A stretch of 64,000 nt of DNA from Octopus vulgaris (Eukaryota), in the NCBI GenBank assembly GCA_951406725.2, contig OX597821.1, positions 59,334,001-59,398,000 on the forward strand. Reading direction: 5' to 3'. Positions within the stretch are counted from its first letter, which is position 1, and each line of letters begins with the position of its first letter. The notes under the pieces are model-generated. The model ran no database searches, had not been told where the DNA came from, and saw only the letters and a list, made by a program, of their open reading frames with translations. A program made the position numbers and the translations under genes. Below, one piece after another: positions 13,669 through 25,984 of this stretch.

Positions 13669-16078
13669 GTGTATGAAAAGTTGTCAGCCTTCATCAGAAG
13701 TCTTGTACCATGTTTTATTTTGTTGAGGCTCAAGACTTTTCATACACCCCTCATATATATATATATGGTATCATGTCTTGTTATGCTTATGATTGATTTA
13801 CTGCAACAGTCAATGCATTTGTGCAAGCATATATTTCTTCCACAACACCATCAACCCCCCCCCCAAAAAAAAAGTCACAGAATGACCAAATGGATAAGAT
13901 ATTGAACTCTCTAGTTATTATGTATGAGTTCAAATCCACTGCTGGATTTATTTTGTTTCTGAGCAAACTTCAGTTCACCTCTGTTGAACTTAGGTATTAG
14001 TTTATCTGGAAAGGCTCCTTGATAAACTGGCTTTCTTTCCAGTGGAATATTTCTCTTACATTTGCTACATGTCATGAAAATAGACTTGTCATCAGTGTCA
14101 TTTTAATGGTCACTTCACTTTTCCATACTTGCACAGGCTGGATGGAGTTTATTGAGGCAGATTTTCTATGGTTGTTGGTGACAAGAAGCCAAACATGTTT
14201 TTGCTGAATATCAGAAAGGAATAACATTAATTTACAACAATCATGAAATGTTAATACAAGGAGACATAAACATACATTCACTCACTTTCCCACACGTATG
14301 TACATATATGTAATAAATACACACACACACACACACACAAATCCACTCACAAGGCTTTGGTCAGCTGAGAGCTATAATAGGAGACACTTGCCCAATTTGC
14401 TACAGAGTGGGACTGAATCCCAAATCATATAACTGGGAAGCAAACTTATGAACCATATAGCCAAGCCTGTGCCTATAAGTGAGGTCTTACCTCACTTAAA
14501 AATCCCCTTTGTTTCTGAGATGACTTTTACACCCTTCCTCCCTATGACCTATTACACTTCTCTCTATTTCTACACTTCCGATCTGAGCTATAGATTAAAA
14601 CACTTGCTGTTGCAGGTTTTGTGTTTCTGAATTCTATCTACAGTTTTCTTTGATAGCTTGTTCTATCTATCTTGTTATTTAAGAAAATATGATAACTGAT
14701 AAAATTTTTAAAAGTCGTAAAACCATATCTTATTAACATTCATATTTGCATTTTCATCTCTCTATTTCTGATAAACAATCCTGCTCAAACAATTAATTTT
14801 CTCCTCCTCAGTTTGTCTCAGTAAACATTTTGCACTTACCATATTTTCTGGTGTAAAAGTCAGCACATTATATAATAATATTAAAATTGAAATTATTGTG
14901 TATAGTGCTCAGATGCACTACAACTCATTAAAGGTCATGTACAGTACATAGAATTATGTACAAAAGTCAGGAAAGTGAACAGTGTATGGGTCATGATAGA
15001 CATCTGTGCAATCGTTTGGAGGGGGCTATCAGGTGTAGTGTTGGTGAATTTCAGGAAGCATGGAGGTTTTAAAGGATGCAATGTCTATAGTATAAACATC
15101 CAAACATCACTATTTTTACAAATCCTACTGTATTTACCATGGAATTTTTGGTCTCAAAATTTTGACTTGTATTCCAGAAAATATGGTAGTATTTTTTAAT
15201 ACAGAACCTCATCAGTTTCCTCTGATCCTATTATTTTGCTTTAAATACACTTTGGTTTATGTTATCATCTGTGAATTTCAATAATTTTCTTTTTATTTTC
15301 CAATCTGAAGACCTGTGAGAATGTTCTTGAAGTCATAATGGAGTGCCAGAAAATATCCAGCTGTTTACCCCGCCTCAAGTGGTCAGAACCAGTTCTTAAT
15401 GTTGTTACTCAGTTGATGGATGCTGCTATTGAATTTATTGGTCAACATTTTACTAGTGTTATTGCTAGTAAGCATTTCATGTCACTAGATCAGGTATGCT
15501 TTTCAGAAATTTTATCTTGCTTTCAATCTAAATTCTAACTAAAGATGCTTTCTTCTTCTGATATTCAAATTGACACATCAGATTTTTTATAAAACCAATT
15601 AACTGTTGCATTTTTGGCTTTTTTTTTTTTTTTAGAACTTTTTTAAAGAAACAAAACACTTTTATCCATATGCTGGGACATTAATTTTACTGCTGTTTAT
15701 GAACAAATATTTGTTTACATCTTTTATAGGACTGTGGCTATGTTGGGGCACCACCTTCAGTTTTAGCCAGGCAAATCTATCCCAGTACTTGTCTAGCACC
15801 TGTGTCGGTGGCACATAAAATCACTCACTACACTCTCGGAGTGGTTGGCGTTAGGAAGGGCATCCAGCTGTAGAAACACTGCCAGATCTGACTGGCCTGG
15901 TGCAGCCTTCGGGCTCCCCAGACCCCAGTTGAACCGTCCAACCCATGCTAGCATGGAAAGCGGATGTTAAATGATGATGATGATGATGATGGTACTTATT
16001 CTATCAGTTTCTTTTGGTAAACCACAGAGTTACGGGTATGTAAACAAATCAACCCCAGTTGTCAAGCAGATAGGAGGT

Positions 16079-16109
<31 letters not shown>

Positions 16110-17789
16110 CAGACTTCAACACAGTTTCTGTCTACTAAATTCACTAAGAACTCTGTCATTGAATTCCTGTAGCCTGGTGTTATAGTAGAAGACACTTGTC
16201 CAAGGTGAACTGAAACCATATATGATTGAAATAGTTAAAAGGTGGGCAGCTTTGAGTATGGTGTCTAAACACCTTAAAACTGTGTATAACATATTTATCA
16301 CTATATTCATCAAAGATTATGGATGGTGTCGGCATCAGATTAAAGAAAAATTGAACTAATATTGCTTATAGTTTCATCTATTTTTTATTGTATTATATTA
16401 AAAAAGAAAAGTAGTTTTCAACAATATCAAGAACATTATAATCTGCTTATTTTCATATTGCTTACTATTTTTGTGTTTTATTGTAATCAGATAATGGCAT
16501 GGAGTATGTCTCTTTTGGATGAAGTATTTACTATGGTTATAAAATCTCTGCCCATGGAGAAAGCTTGTCAGACTTACCTGTCTTTGAGCAGACTTGTTGC
16601 TCATGCTGAAGACCCAAACTGTGTTTGGACTGAGGTACGTATATTGTGTTTGAATAAGTGTGAAAGAGAAATGATGGCCATTATATTTTTACAATGGAAC
16701 AGAGGTCATGCTGGGGTACTGTTAGTGTATATCAGCCAGCTATTTTACATTGCATGCAAATACACTCAAACATGTTGCATATAACTTTACACGATTAATA
16801 CAACAGACGTTCAGATGAATGTCTGCAAGTCAGTGATTGTTGCAAAAATGTGCAACAAGATGGGAATGGATCATTTAATTTAAATGAACCCCTGCTAAAA
16901 GCATGTAAAGTCTTGGCAGAGGTGTTAAACCTTGTGGTGCATTGGACATACCTAATTCAAAATTTAACAAGAGTATTCAGAGAATGCAAATTTCTGCCAA
17001 GGCAACACCAACATCCTCTCAACAATTAGCCAGAGATGATTTTTAAAGTGAAAATATCTGAAATAAACTCGATTGCTCTCACAAACGGGAATATTAAAAA
17101 TGAACCCGACCGCTCTCTAAAATTAAGTGAAAAAAACAGGAAAAATAATCAAGAATCCTTGTCCGGTACTGGATTGATCCCCAAATCTAATCAGTTTGTG
17201 CCAGTCACGAGGCCAAATATCTGTGAAAGTTTCATCTGAATTCATCCAGTGGTTCTTGAAATATCTTGTCCACGGACAAACAAACAAATACAATTGAAAA
17301 CAATGCCTCTGCCTTAGTGGAGGTAATAATACCACTGTAATTATGAGTCCAGAGACGTGCAACCAAACGCATACCCTCCATCAGACACCTACCATATTCT
17401 GAGCGCCTTGTTTCCCTGGGCATGGATTCACTGAAGCTCCGGCGTTTGGCGACGGACTTGGTAAACACCCACAAAGTTATCAACCACCTCACCAACAACA
17501 ACACTGAACACCTTTTTGATCTCCATGTGTCTAACACACGTGGACATGCCTACAAAGTCAGAAAACAATACAGCTCCCATGACTTTCGGAAACATTTTTT
17601 CACGCTCAGAGTTGCTGAAGCATGGAATAAACTGCCTGCGTCAGTTGTTGACTGCCATGACACTGCAGCTTTTAAGGCCCTCATGCTTTCCGAAATCCGC
17701 CGAAACTACACCTGATTATATATACACTTTAGATGAGTTGTAGTGCACCTGAGCACTGTACACAATTATTATTATTATTATTATTATTA

Positions 17790-17831
<42 letters not shown>

Positions 17832-18951
17832 CTTGCCTTTGATTACTGTCATTAATATTTCTTGTTAATAAGGAGGTTAAGCTAACAGTCATTGAACAAA
17901 ATGCTTCATTGCATTTCTTCCAATTTTATGCATTAAGTTCAAATTCCACTGAGGTTGACTTTGCATTTCATCCTTTCAGGGTCAATATAATTGACTAGCC
18001 CCCTCCCCTCAAAACCTCAAGTCTTGTGCCTATAGCAGAAAGATTATTCTTTGTAAATGGCAAGCTGGCAGAATTGATACCATGCTGAACAAAGGTGCTT
18101 TGCAGCATTTCTTCTGGTTTTACATTCTTTGTTCAAATGCCACTGAGGTCAACTTTGGTTGCCATCCTTTTGGGGATTGATGTAATAGATCCCCACCCCT
18201 ACCCCACCACCTCATCCAAATTGCTGGCCTTGTGCCAAAACTTAAAAACAATTACCATTTCTTGTTAACATAACTTTTCAGATTCTTTATTTCTCCTTTG
18301 ATGTAAGTCACAACCTCCCCACCCCCTCAAATTACACTTAAACTACTTCCTAAAAGGATATCTTCAAGAATGTTTATTTCAGCAACAATTAAGAAAGTTT
18401 CTATACAATTAAGAATATATAATAGTAATTAGCTTGTCACTCGTTGCTAGCTATTAATTTTCCTATAGGTTCAGATTTGCTGTAAACTTTTGGCTCTTAA
18501 TTATCTAATGCAGTATACTTTGAACTAATTATTATACTAATTGCTACTTAGTTGACTGTTTTTATTTAACGTTGCAAATTTTTTTTTCCTTATTTTTATT
18601 TTTTCAGGATTTTATCACATTTATCCAATCATTATTTAAGAAGAGTGAAGATTATTTAAAGCTACATATTCACCAGGTGGCGCACTGTAAAGATTGGGAT
18701 TTACTCACAGATGACATGCAAAAGAAGATCATGACATGTTAGTAACTTTTCTTTTATTAGTTTGTTTGTCATTTGACTGTGGCCATGCTGGAGCACCGCT
18801 TGTAGTCAAACAAATTGACCCTAGGACTTATTCTTTGTAAGCCTTGTACTTATCCTATTGATCTCTTTTGCCGAACCGCTAAGTTACACAGACGTAAATG
18901 CACTAACATTGGTTGTCAAGCAATGATGGTGGGATAAACACAGATTCACAA

Positions 18952-19002
<51 letters not shown>

Positions 19003-22000
19003 TATAAGCTTCTTTCAGGTTCTGTCTACCAAATCCACTCGCAAGGCTTTGGTTGGCCTGAGGCTATAGTAGAAGACACTGGCCTAAGGTGCCATGCATT
19101 GGGACTGAACCCAGAACCATGTGGTTGGTAAGCAAGCTACTTACCACACACCCATGCTTGTTTTTCTTTTAATTTTTTACTTTTGTAAATTTTCCATATT
19201 TTATATTTAAATATTTTCTTTTAATCTATTCAGAACTGTAATACACTTTAAATTTGTCGTAATTTCCATATTAGCACCATCTTACTCACTTGTGCATTAT
19301 CTTGCTTAGCAACAGATATAGAGCATGGAATTTTAGATCTCTGTATCAGATAAAGCAATTTCCTGTAGAATTGAACCCAAAACCAGTGGCAGATTGGCCA
19401 GGTTGCCAGCTTGCCCAATGGTAAGTGGGCCCCTGTACCATTAGAATCCATATATGGTGGGCCAAACCCCTCAAGTTTGAGAATTTTTTATTCACCTGTG
19501 GAAGAATGCATTAATTATTTCAGCCAGGCTGTGTTTGTACACAGTTGAAAAGAATACTGTTAACAAAAAAAAAAAAAAAAATTAAATGACAGCATTGTCT
19601 CTTGGCAACCAATATTTTTAGACCCAGTCCACCACTGCCCAAAACCATGTAGCATGCAAAGCTATGCCTGTGAGACAACATTTTACTGTACACCAAGCTC
19701 CACAAAATACAAGGATCAGTATCTTAGTTTCCTAGTAAAATTTTAATTCTTTAAAATAAGGAGCAATTAAAAGAACCTGTAAATTTAAAGCAATATTTAC
19801 ATTAAAAATTATTTTCTTAACATTACCATATCGTTGCTTTCATACAGCTGCATACTATGTATGTATTGACAACAGCAATCGAGGTAAGATGCCACCTAAA
19901 CTGACCAGTATGCAGAAGGTAAGATTTTGGTTTTTATTTTTTTCTGAAATATTTGGTGTTTCCTTTTTGTATTTGGTTTGCAGAATTCATGATGTGAACT
20001 CATGTGTTGAAACATTTTGCTGGATCTTGGGAGGTTCATTATGTCAATATAAACACTGGTTCTATTTCACTTCTTTTACTATTTTATTAGTCAGTTTGTT
20101 AATCATTTAACTGATTGACTGACTGAACTAATCAAGCAATCACTCAGCTATGTTTAGCAAAGTTATTGAAGAGGACACAAATAGCGATGAAATGACTTTG
20201 GCAAACCTAGTTGATTGATTTATATAATTAATCAATTGGTTAATTGACCAATAATAATAGGAATTGTGGGTGTAGAAGATGGCTGGATAAATATAATGTC
20301 AGTGTTTTCATATAATTGAATGGAACAAATGTTAAGTACAGGTTACAAAGTGTTTTGTAGGTCTACAATCATGGAAGATAATTATAAATCTACAACCTGG
20401 CAGGAGGCATTGAGATGCCGTTGGAATGGAGATGGTGCACATAGAAAGCTAAATTATTGCTCCCCTTTCACAAAAGTATTTATTTTGCTGTATTTTTTAT
20501 AAGCCAAGTGAGATTGTAACTGTGGCCTATGCCTGTGCAGCATAACCGGCCCATCTAAGAGTACCCTTCAATCATTGGGCAATAAACTGTGCTTGTGAAG
20601 ACCTGTTGATTCAAGTAAAGACATTGTTGTGGCCAATGACAGTAATGGTTGATGCCAGTGCTGCCTGACTGGCTCCTATGCCACTGGCACGTAAAAAGCA
20701 CCATTCAAGTGTGGTTGATACCAGTACTGCCTGACTGGCCCTCATGCCAGTGGCACGTAAAAAGCAGCCACTGCACTCTCGGAGTAGTTGACGTTAGGAA
20801 GGGCATCCAGCTGTAGAAACTCTGCCAGATCAGATTAGAGCCTGGTGCAGACTACTGGCTTACCAGCCCTCAGTCAAACTGCCCAACCCATGCCAGCATG
20901 GAAAGAAGACGTTAACCGACGACAACAATGATAATGATAGAATTAGCTCCAGATCAGTCCTAATCCAAATTAGGCTTTTGACCAAAAGGTATTCAGGCTC
21001 TGAACATCCAGTCTTAACTTTCAGACAGTATATCTAGGTCTACATTGGACTAGTGGTTAGAATATTGCATCACAACTGCTAGAATACAGGTTCGATACCT
21101 AAACCGTGCAGCATATTGTTTTCTTGAGCAAAACACTTCATTTCATGCTAGTCCAGTTTACCCAGCTCTAAATGGGCCACTCTGTGATGGAATAGCCCTT
21201 TAATCAGGGAGAATGTTGGTTTGCTTGCCCAGTCAGTGAGGTGGCATCGTTTAAAAGCCAAAATATGTGAAGCACAATGTGACCAGCAATGTATAACGAT
21301 GCCATGATATCTAGGTCGATATTACCCAGTATATCCTTTTTTAGTTTTGGAAGATGTGTCCTTTTGAATGTCCTATTGAGGGAAATTTGACTATTTCTAG
21401 TATATCAAATGACTATGTAGAGGCTACCTCATTTACTTGAAATTAGATTTAGTATTTACATAGAGCTGAAAGTGTGAACCAACTGATCCAAGACCAAGTT
21501 GCTAACTGCATTGGTTGCTTCCTACAATGCTCAATAAAAATAACATAAAAAACATTAATGCAGTAGGGTCATGAAAGTAAACAATAACTAATATGTATCT
21601 ATGTAAACAAACATGACATAAATCTGGTATATGCAAATGAGGCATTATGAAATAAAAATAACTATCTAGGTATCATAGTGTATATACACTGTAGATAGGA
21701 CAGCTATCCTGTGATAATATCTTTGACATACTGTGTTAAAAACACAAGATATATCAGAGGGAAATAAGAAATTGTCCCAGTAGTGATCAGTATGAATGCC
21801 AGATGCATTTTAGCTTTTTTTGTTTTAAAATTTTTTTTTTTTTTTTTTACCTATGCACATGTGGCTGGCTACAAGAACACATCACATTATTTACATTTGG
21901 CAGATATTTGTCCTCATCTTGTTTGTTGTTAACACAACGTTTTGGCCTTCATCAGGTGTCTTGGGGAAATTTCAAACCCGAGTTCTCATTCCTAAGGTTT

Positions 22001-23090
22001 TTTTCGATGTTGTTATTATTCAGGTCACTGCTTGGAATTGGACTCGGAATCTTGGGGTTAGTAGCCCGCGCTCTTAACCACTACGCCATATAATAATAAC
22101 AGTGAAAAATACCTTAGGAATGAGAACCCAGGTTCGAAATTCCTCAAGACACCTGATGAAGGCTGGAGGGTATATCAGCCAAAACGTTGTGTTAACAACA
22201 AAGATGAGGACAAATACCCGTCAAATGTACATAATTCCTCATCTCTTAAATATAGAACTGAAGAACATATCAATTGATAAGTTCCAAAAAGGGCCAAGAC
22301 GCATCAAGCATTCTTTCTGACTGCTGGTAGGACAAACTTTTGTCTGATATTTGTCCTCTACATAGCATATCCATAAGCGATGTTATCTCAGGAAAAATAC
22401 CACAGTATAATATATATTATGTATACATTAAATATGATACATAGATGGCTAAAGCTTTCAAATAATTCAATATTTTCTTTTTGTTTCCAGAGAAGAACGG
22501 GAGCTGAAATGATAAAAATGTTAAAAGAGGATGGAACCTATATGTTGCCTGGGTCAGAAAATGTATCAACTACAAAGGGTTCCCCTAAAAGCCAGAAATC
22601 CATCAAAAGTACAGTTGCTCAGTCAGGGTCGCCAACACAGTCTCGAATTCCTACCCCTCGTGGTTCACCTGCAAAAGGTAGAGAGCCCAGTAAAATTCCT
22701 GGACTCAGTGACAGCCACAGAAAAGGAAGGCCTTCAAAAGTACCAACAAAAATAACCATAGCTCCAACTACAGATCCGGAAGATGAAGTACTTACAGTGT
22801 CTATAGTGGATGGGACAGTTACAGAAGATGAGAATCCTAAATGGCCTATAGCTAATCGGAAGCAAAATATAAATCTACTCAAGAGAAACAATAGTTTTGG
22901 TGAACTTGTCACAGAAGAAGCTAAAATGTTACAGCTAAAAATGAGGAGCAATTCCATTGGCCTAATGGAAGAAAAAATCCTGCGAAAAGTTAGGACTTGT
23001 TATTCTTATTTCACTTGTCTAACTAGCAATACTTGTATAGACATTATTCCTATTTTTAAAGTTAATTTTCACAAACCAGTAAGTTTTTAA
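324..23090 (+). CDS. BTBD8: BTB/POZ domain-containing protein 8-like gene (multi-exon, probably 5'-partial, ~833 aa in window)
   Basis: Eleven exons with AG/GT boundaries and consistent phases: 324-410, 1394-1492, 5059-5787, 8616-8705, 9552-9729, 12457-12648, 15311-15493, 16491-16634, 18608-18737, 19848-19918, 22491-23090. The joined translation has two BTB starts (DITFNIGNNEISAHKIILQAR; DFRSHKCILASRSKYFYSMFNGSWAE) and motifs recalled from BTBD8 (CHFFHKPC, LPRLKWSE, WDLLTDDMQKKI). The 3' end of the last exon is less certain. Confidence 0.88.
1394..1492 (+). CDS. BTBD8: BTBD8-like exon
   Basis: tttccag|A GAA GGA...TTT TTA AG|gtaagt; phase 2/2; EGDIYNLLLNN...TYKEVRDFLR. Confidence 0.8.
5059..5787 (+). 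CDS. BTBD8: BTBD8-like exon (Ser-rich linker and start of BTB2)
   Basis: ttctgcag|G CAA CTC TAT...AGT CAC AA|gtaag; contains ORF 5165-5791. Confidence 0.88.
8335..8552 (+). mobile_element. tRNA-derived SINE family B
   Basis: gagctggcagaa...tgagttcaaatt...gactttgc...ggggtcgatgtaat. Other copies: ~2480-2695, 7495-7670, 17870-18250, 51480-52050 (+); 37330-37510, 40590-40790, 41170-41460, 61810-62195 (-). Confidence 0.8.
8616..8705 (+). CDS. BTBD8: BTBD8-like exon (BTB2)
   Basis: ttttgtcag|G TGT ATT TTA...GAG AG|gtaat; CILASRSKYFYSMFNGSWAETDAEKLHLE. Confidence 0.9.
9552..9729 (+). CDS. BTBD8: BTBD8-like exon (end of BTB2)
   Basis: ttttacag|T ATC AGT...CAT AAG|gtaaac; EQLLLFLYGG...LLVIADMYAIDGLKDVV...CHFFHK. 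Confidence 0.9.
10480..11285 (+). mobile_element. RTE-clade LINE 3' fragment
   Basis: RRLCWYGHMVRMVEDSCVKKC...GRGRPR, with the shared 3' UTR and GAT tail. Confidence 0.82.
11891..12270 (+). mobile_element. tRNA-derived SINE family A (full copy)
   Basis: A-box tggctgtgtggt, B-box-like gggttcagtccc, central microsatellite. Other copies: ~4455-4845(+), 7875-8240(+), 9995-10385(-), 14330-14470(-), 18760-19155(-), 31115-31290(+), 32835-33000(+), 43630-43790(+), 60210-60385(-). Confidence 0.85.
12457..12648 (+). CDS. BTBD8: BTBD8-like exon
   Basis: tctttcaag|CCA TGT CCT...GAT ATG|gtataa; PCPGCIAGVPEV...CLKWINKNFSKVWPTKSF. Confidence 0.85.
12751..13599 (+). mobile_element. Tc1/mariner-superfamily (maT-like) deleted DNA transposon
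   Basis: Imperfect TIRs (agggtgcaatg...catcgcaccctg) flanked by TA; transposase remnant IMVFGVITSDGNVMPPFIF...YIKCLEE..LPWVKS. Confidence 0.75.
13665..13752. mobile_element. short mariner-type MITE
   Basis: TIRs gaggtgtatgaaaagt...acttttcatacacccctc, next to a TA microsatellite. Confidence 0.55.
15311..15493 (+). CDS. BTBD8: BTBD8-like exon
   Basis: ctgaag|ACC TGT GAG...GAT CAG|gtatgc; MECQKISSCLPRLKWSEPVL. Confidence 0.85.
16491..16634 (+). CDS. BTBD8: BTBD8-like exon
   Basis: gtaatcag|ATA ATG GCA...ACT GAG|gtacgt; IMAWSMSLLDEVF...DPNCVWTE. Confidence 0.82.
16966..17330 (+). mobile_element. Helentron-associated (HINE/DINE-like) repeat
   Basis: Starts aacaagag and ends with a stem-loop (cctctgcc..tagtggagg) then taataa; a homologous copy lies at ~59428-59780. 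Confidence 0.55.
17350..17831 (+). mobile_element. CR1-type LINE 3' end with (ATT)n tail
   Basis: ATKRIPSIRHLPYSERL...SLKLRRLATDL...TRGHAYK...HFFTLRVAEAWNKLP then (att)n; a reverse partial copy lies at ~14870-15090. Confidence 0.85.
18608..18737 (+). CDS. BTBD8: BTBD8-like exon
   Basis: ttttcag|GAT TTT ATC...ATG ACA T|gttagt; DFITFIQSLFKKSEDYLKLHIHQVAHCKDWDLLTDDMQKKIMT. Confidence 0.82.
19848..19918 (+). CDS. BTBD8: BTBD8-like exon
   Basis: catacag|CT GCA TAC...CAG AAG|gtaag; SAYYVCIDNSNRGKMPPKLTSMQK; its phases (1 in, 0 out) link the neighbouring exons. Confidence 0.78.
21045..21300 (+). mobile_element. CORE/MIR-like tRNA SINE (decayed)
   Basis: tagtggttag...ggttcgatacc...ttcttgagcaaaacacttca; related copy at ~41920-42120. 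Confidence 0.55.
21887..22260. mobile_element. tRNA-headed element with a hammerhead-like tail (-) abutting an inverted 5'-truncated copy (+)
   Basis: The minus copy (22088 to 21887) has A-box TGGCGTAGTGG and a degenerate B-box. The plus copy (22091-22260) repeats its body in inverted orientation. Confidence 0.7.
22491..23090 (+). CDS. BTBD8: BTBD8-like probable last coding exon (disordered Ser/Pro/Lys-rich tail)
   Basis: tgtttccag|AGA AGA ACG...; open to TAA at 23088-23090. Possible internal donors near 22989 and 23079 mean a further small exon cannot be excluded. Confidence 0.75.
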   Translation, partial: RRTGAEMIKMLKEDGTYMLPGSENVSTTKGSPKSQKSIKSTVAQSGSPTQSRIPTPRGSPAKGREPSKIPGLSDSHRKGRPSKVPTKITIAPTTDPEDEVLTVSIVDGTVTEDENPKWPIANRKQNINLLKRNNSFGELVTEEAKMLQLKMRSNSIGLMEEKILRKVRTCYSYFTCLTSNTCIDIIPIFKVNFHKPVSF

Positions 23091-25984
23091 ATTTGAGACT
23101 TGTAAAGGTTTCATGAGATTTAAATTAATATCTTTCTTATGATATGAAACAGCAAAGATGTTGACAAAAAAGAAAAGAAAAAAAATTTGCATCATTTACC
23201 ATATTTTCTGAACTAGCTTTTGATATGAAATATTTCTTTGTGAACAAGATAACACACTATGCATCTGTTCTAGCATTTCCAGATCTAAACAGCAGCTTTT
23301 TTTTTTTGTCAATCTGCAGCTTTGCATATCTGATATTAATCATGTTAAATTTCTGATCAGTTGAAGACACTAATTAATGTGTAGTCAAATATACATTCAA
23401 TACTTGCTAAGACAAATGATTAATTTAATTAAGCTTGCCATTGTCTTACATAATAATCCACAGTGTCAGCTGTATCAGCTGAGATGTTCAGAACTGCTCA
23501 TGCATAATAAGCTCCCTTTATATGGTCATGCAGAAATACTCTTGTGTTGTAAACCAATATAGTCAGACAGAATTTTTTCTTTAATTCTTATTATTTGTCT
23601 TCCAAATATCAACTTTTTTATTTTTATTTGTCTAGTTATTCATGAATGGAATCTGTCATCATTTTCATTTCATTTTTCAATTTCTCTCTCTCTATATATA
23701 TAAACATTATTTATAAAACTCCTTTGTAATTAGATATTAATTTGTGTATGTTGTTTTGACAATAGCTGAAATAGATTTTACATTCCTTTAATAGACATAG
23801 AACATTTATCAATGACACTCTCTTAGGTGCTCGCAGTAAATAAGTAAAAATTGCAGGAAATTACTTTGGTGACAAAATATGAAATAATTATTTTTATATG
23901 CCATTATTTTAATTTCCCTGAAATTGTTTTCAGTCTTGAATATTTTCTCTGCATCATACAACAACTAGTGTGATGATTTATAAGATCATGTTATTATTCA
24001 TAACATATTAAACTGTACCTTTTCTTTAAGATGAATTTGTACTTTGTATATAGTTTAAGAAAAATTAAAGCTATTTAGTTTTCTCTTGAGAAATGATATA
24101 TATCTATCAGTTTAAAAAGTACAGTGCCCTAATAGAAGAAAAAAACAGAAGTGGGCTTGAATCTACTTAAAATACTATAACTTTTTAACAACTTTTTATG
24201 AAAACCCAATCATAAAACAAAGCTCAATGAGGATACTAAAATTGCAAGAAATTTGAAATCTTAGAAAGTTTTAAATTTTCAAGTATATTAGAGAAATTTC
24301 AGAAGTTATTTTCTATTGTAGTAATTAACTTTTAACTCCATAAGCCAACAGCTGGAACTACCACAATAAGATTTTTCTAGATATGTTTCAATTCAAAAAC
24401 CTTTGTGCCTGAAAACTCAGTGTGATGTATGATATGTATATACATATACATGTATGTATACGTAAGTTAATGGAGGTTTTAGGAAATTAAACATTATTCC
24501 AAGTGCCAGAACCCTAATCTTGCCTCATAATTTCTGATCTAGAGTAGATCACTGCAATATAAACAAGGAAAAGATTGGCTACAAAGTGCAAGTAGAATGA
24601 AATACCTTACCCAAGGGCACATCATAAATTTATCATTTATAAACTGAAATTTTGGCATAATCTCTAACGAAAAATCACACTGACACATCTATTCTATGAA
24701 AATAGTTAACACGTTCTTGAGTTACTCTTTTCAGATGAAGAATGGGTTTTCTAAGAGGTCACTATTGTTGAAAATATATCATGAGATAAACAATTGGAAG
24801 AAAACGGTTACTAACTAAAAAAAATAATAAATAAAATAAAAAGATACTGATTTATGTTTGCAGAAATTTGGAAGCTATTGATAATTAACAGCTATAAAGA
24901 AAATGTTCCTCTGACCATCTGCAATTATTTAATTATAATTTTTTTTTAAATTTTAAAAAGTTCATCTTATGCCAGAAGTTTAGCATTGCAGACTTCTGTC
25001 AGTGCCTTAGAATGTTACAATTTTTAACTAAACACTTAAAAAGGAAAAAATAAATAAAAAAAAAAAAAAGAAAACAGTTAGTTCAATTGTACAAATATTT
25101 GTCTACTCTTGTTTAGCATTTGTCTTTTAAAATTCTAAGAAAACTTATTGGAGGCTAAGAAATGTACATAATTTTTCATTTAATGGTCCACCTAAATGTC
25201 ATATTTCTAAATCTAACTGCTGTCACTGTTGTGGCCATTTTTTAAAACCCCACCACATTAAAACTGAGTTACTTGTCTGCTACTCTAAAAATGCATTTTG
25301 CTAAATGCTCATTTATTTATTTATCTATCAAAATTTTATTCTTAATAGAAATCTTCTTAAGCTGAAACCTACCCAGAGTTTTTATTTTCGACATACACTT
25401 TTGTTATCAGTGTTAATCTTTGTATATTAAGTTTGTAGATATGACTTAGTTGATTATAACAAAGATTCTAATGATGTTAATTTATTGTGATTTTAAGAAG
25501 GAAAAACAAACCGTAGATGTTGTATGAAAAGATGTAACTTATTATGAATGCAAAGGTAGGTAACTTAAAATTTAGGAAGATTTTCTATTTTAACAATATT
25601 ATAAGAGACTGTCACACGATTTCATTTGTTCCCCCCACCCAGTAATTCTGATTAAAGTTTTGTGCATACAAGAATCCTTTCATCTTTCTTAGTTTTATAC
25701 GGAATGTTAAAGATTGCATGGTGTTAAAAATTTAGTTATGTTATGGTGAAGCTACCAAAAACACTGGATTAAGGAGGAAATATTTCCAACCCGCCTCAGA
25801 CCCCATCTTTAGCTGTTAAATATCTCTCGTTAATATCGTGAAACAGAGATAAATTGTTCTCTGGATAGATTACTAGAATTAAAGCCACTTTTCCTCTCAT
25901 ATTTGTAGTACAATTTCTGCTTACAATAGGCAACACCACAACCTTAACACACAGAATTGGATGTTGTGTAAGCTATGGACACAT

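Noticed and set aside
22030-22088. tRNA gene on the minus strand
   Set aside because: A and B boxes are present but there is no complete cloverleaf or acceptor stem, and it continues into a repeat body; treated as a SINE head
24735-24818. Possible extra terminal BTBD8 exon after ttttcag
   Set aside because: The acceptor is plausible but the peptide has no recognisable homology; it cannot be supported without transcripts
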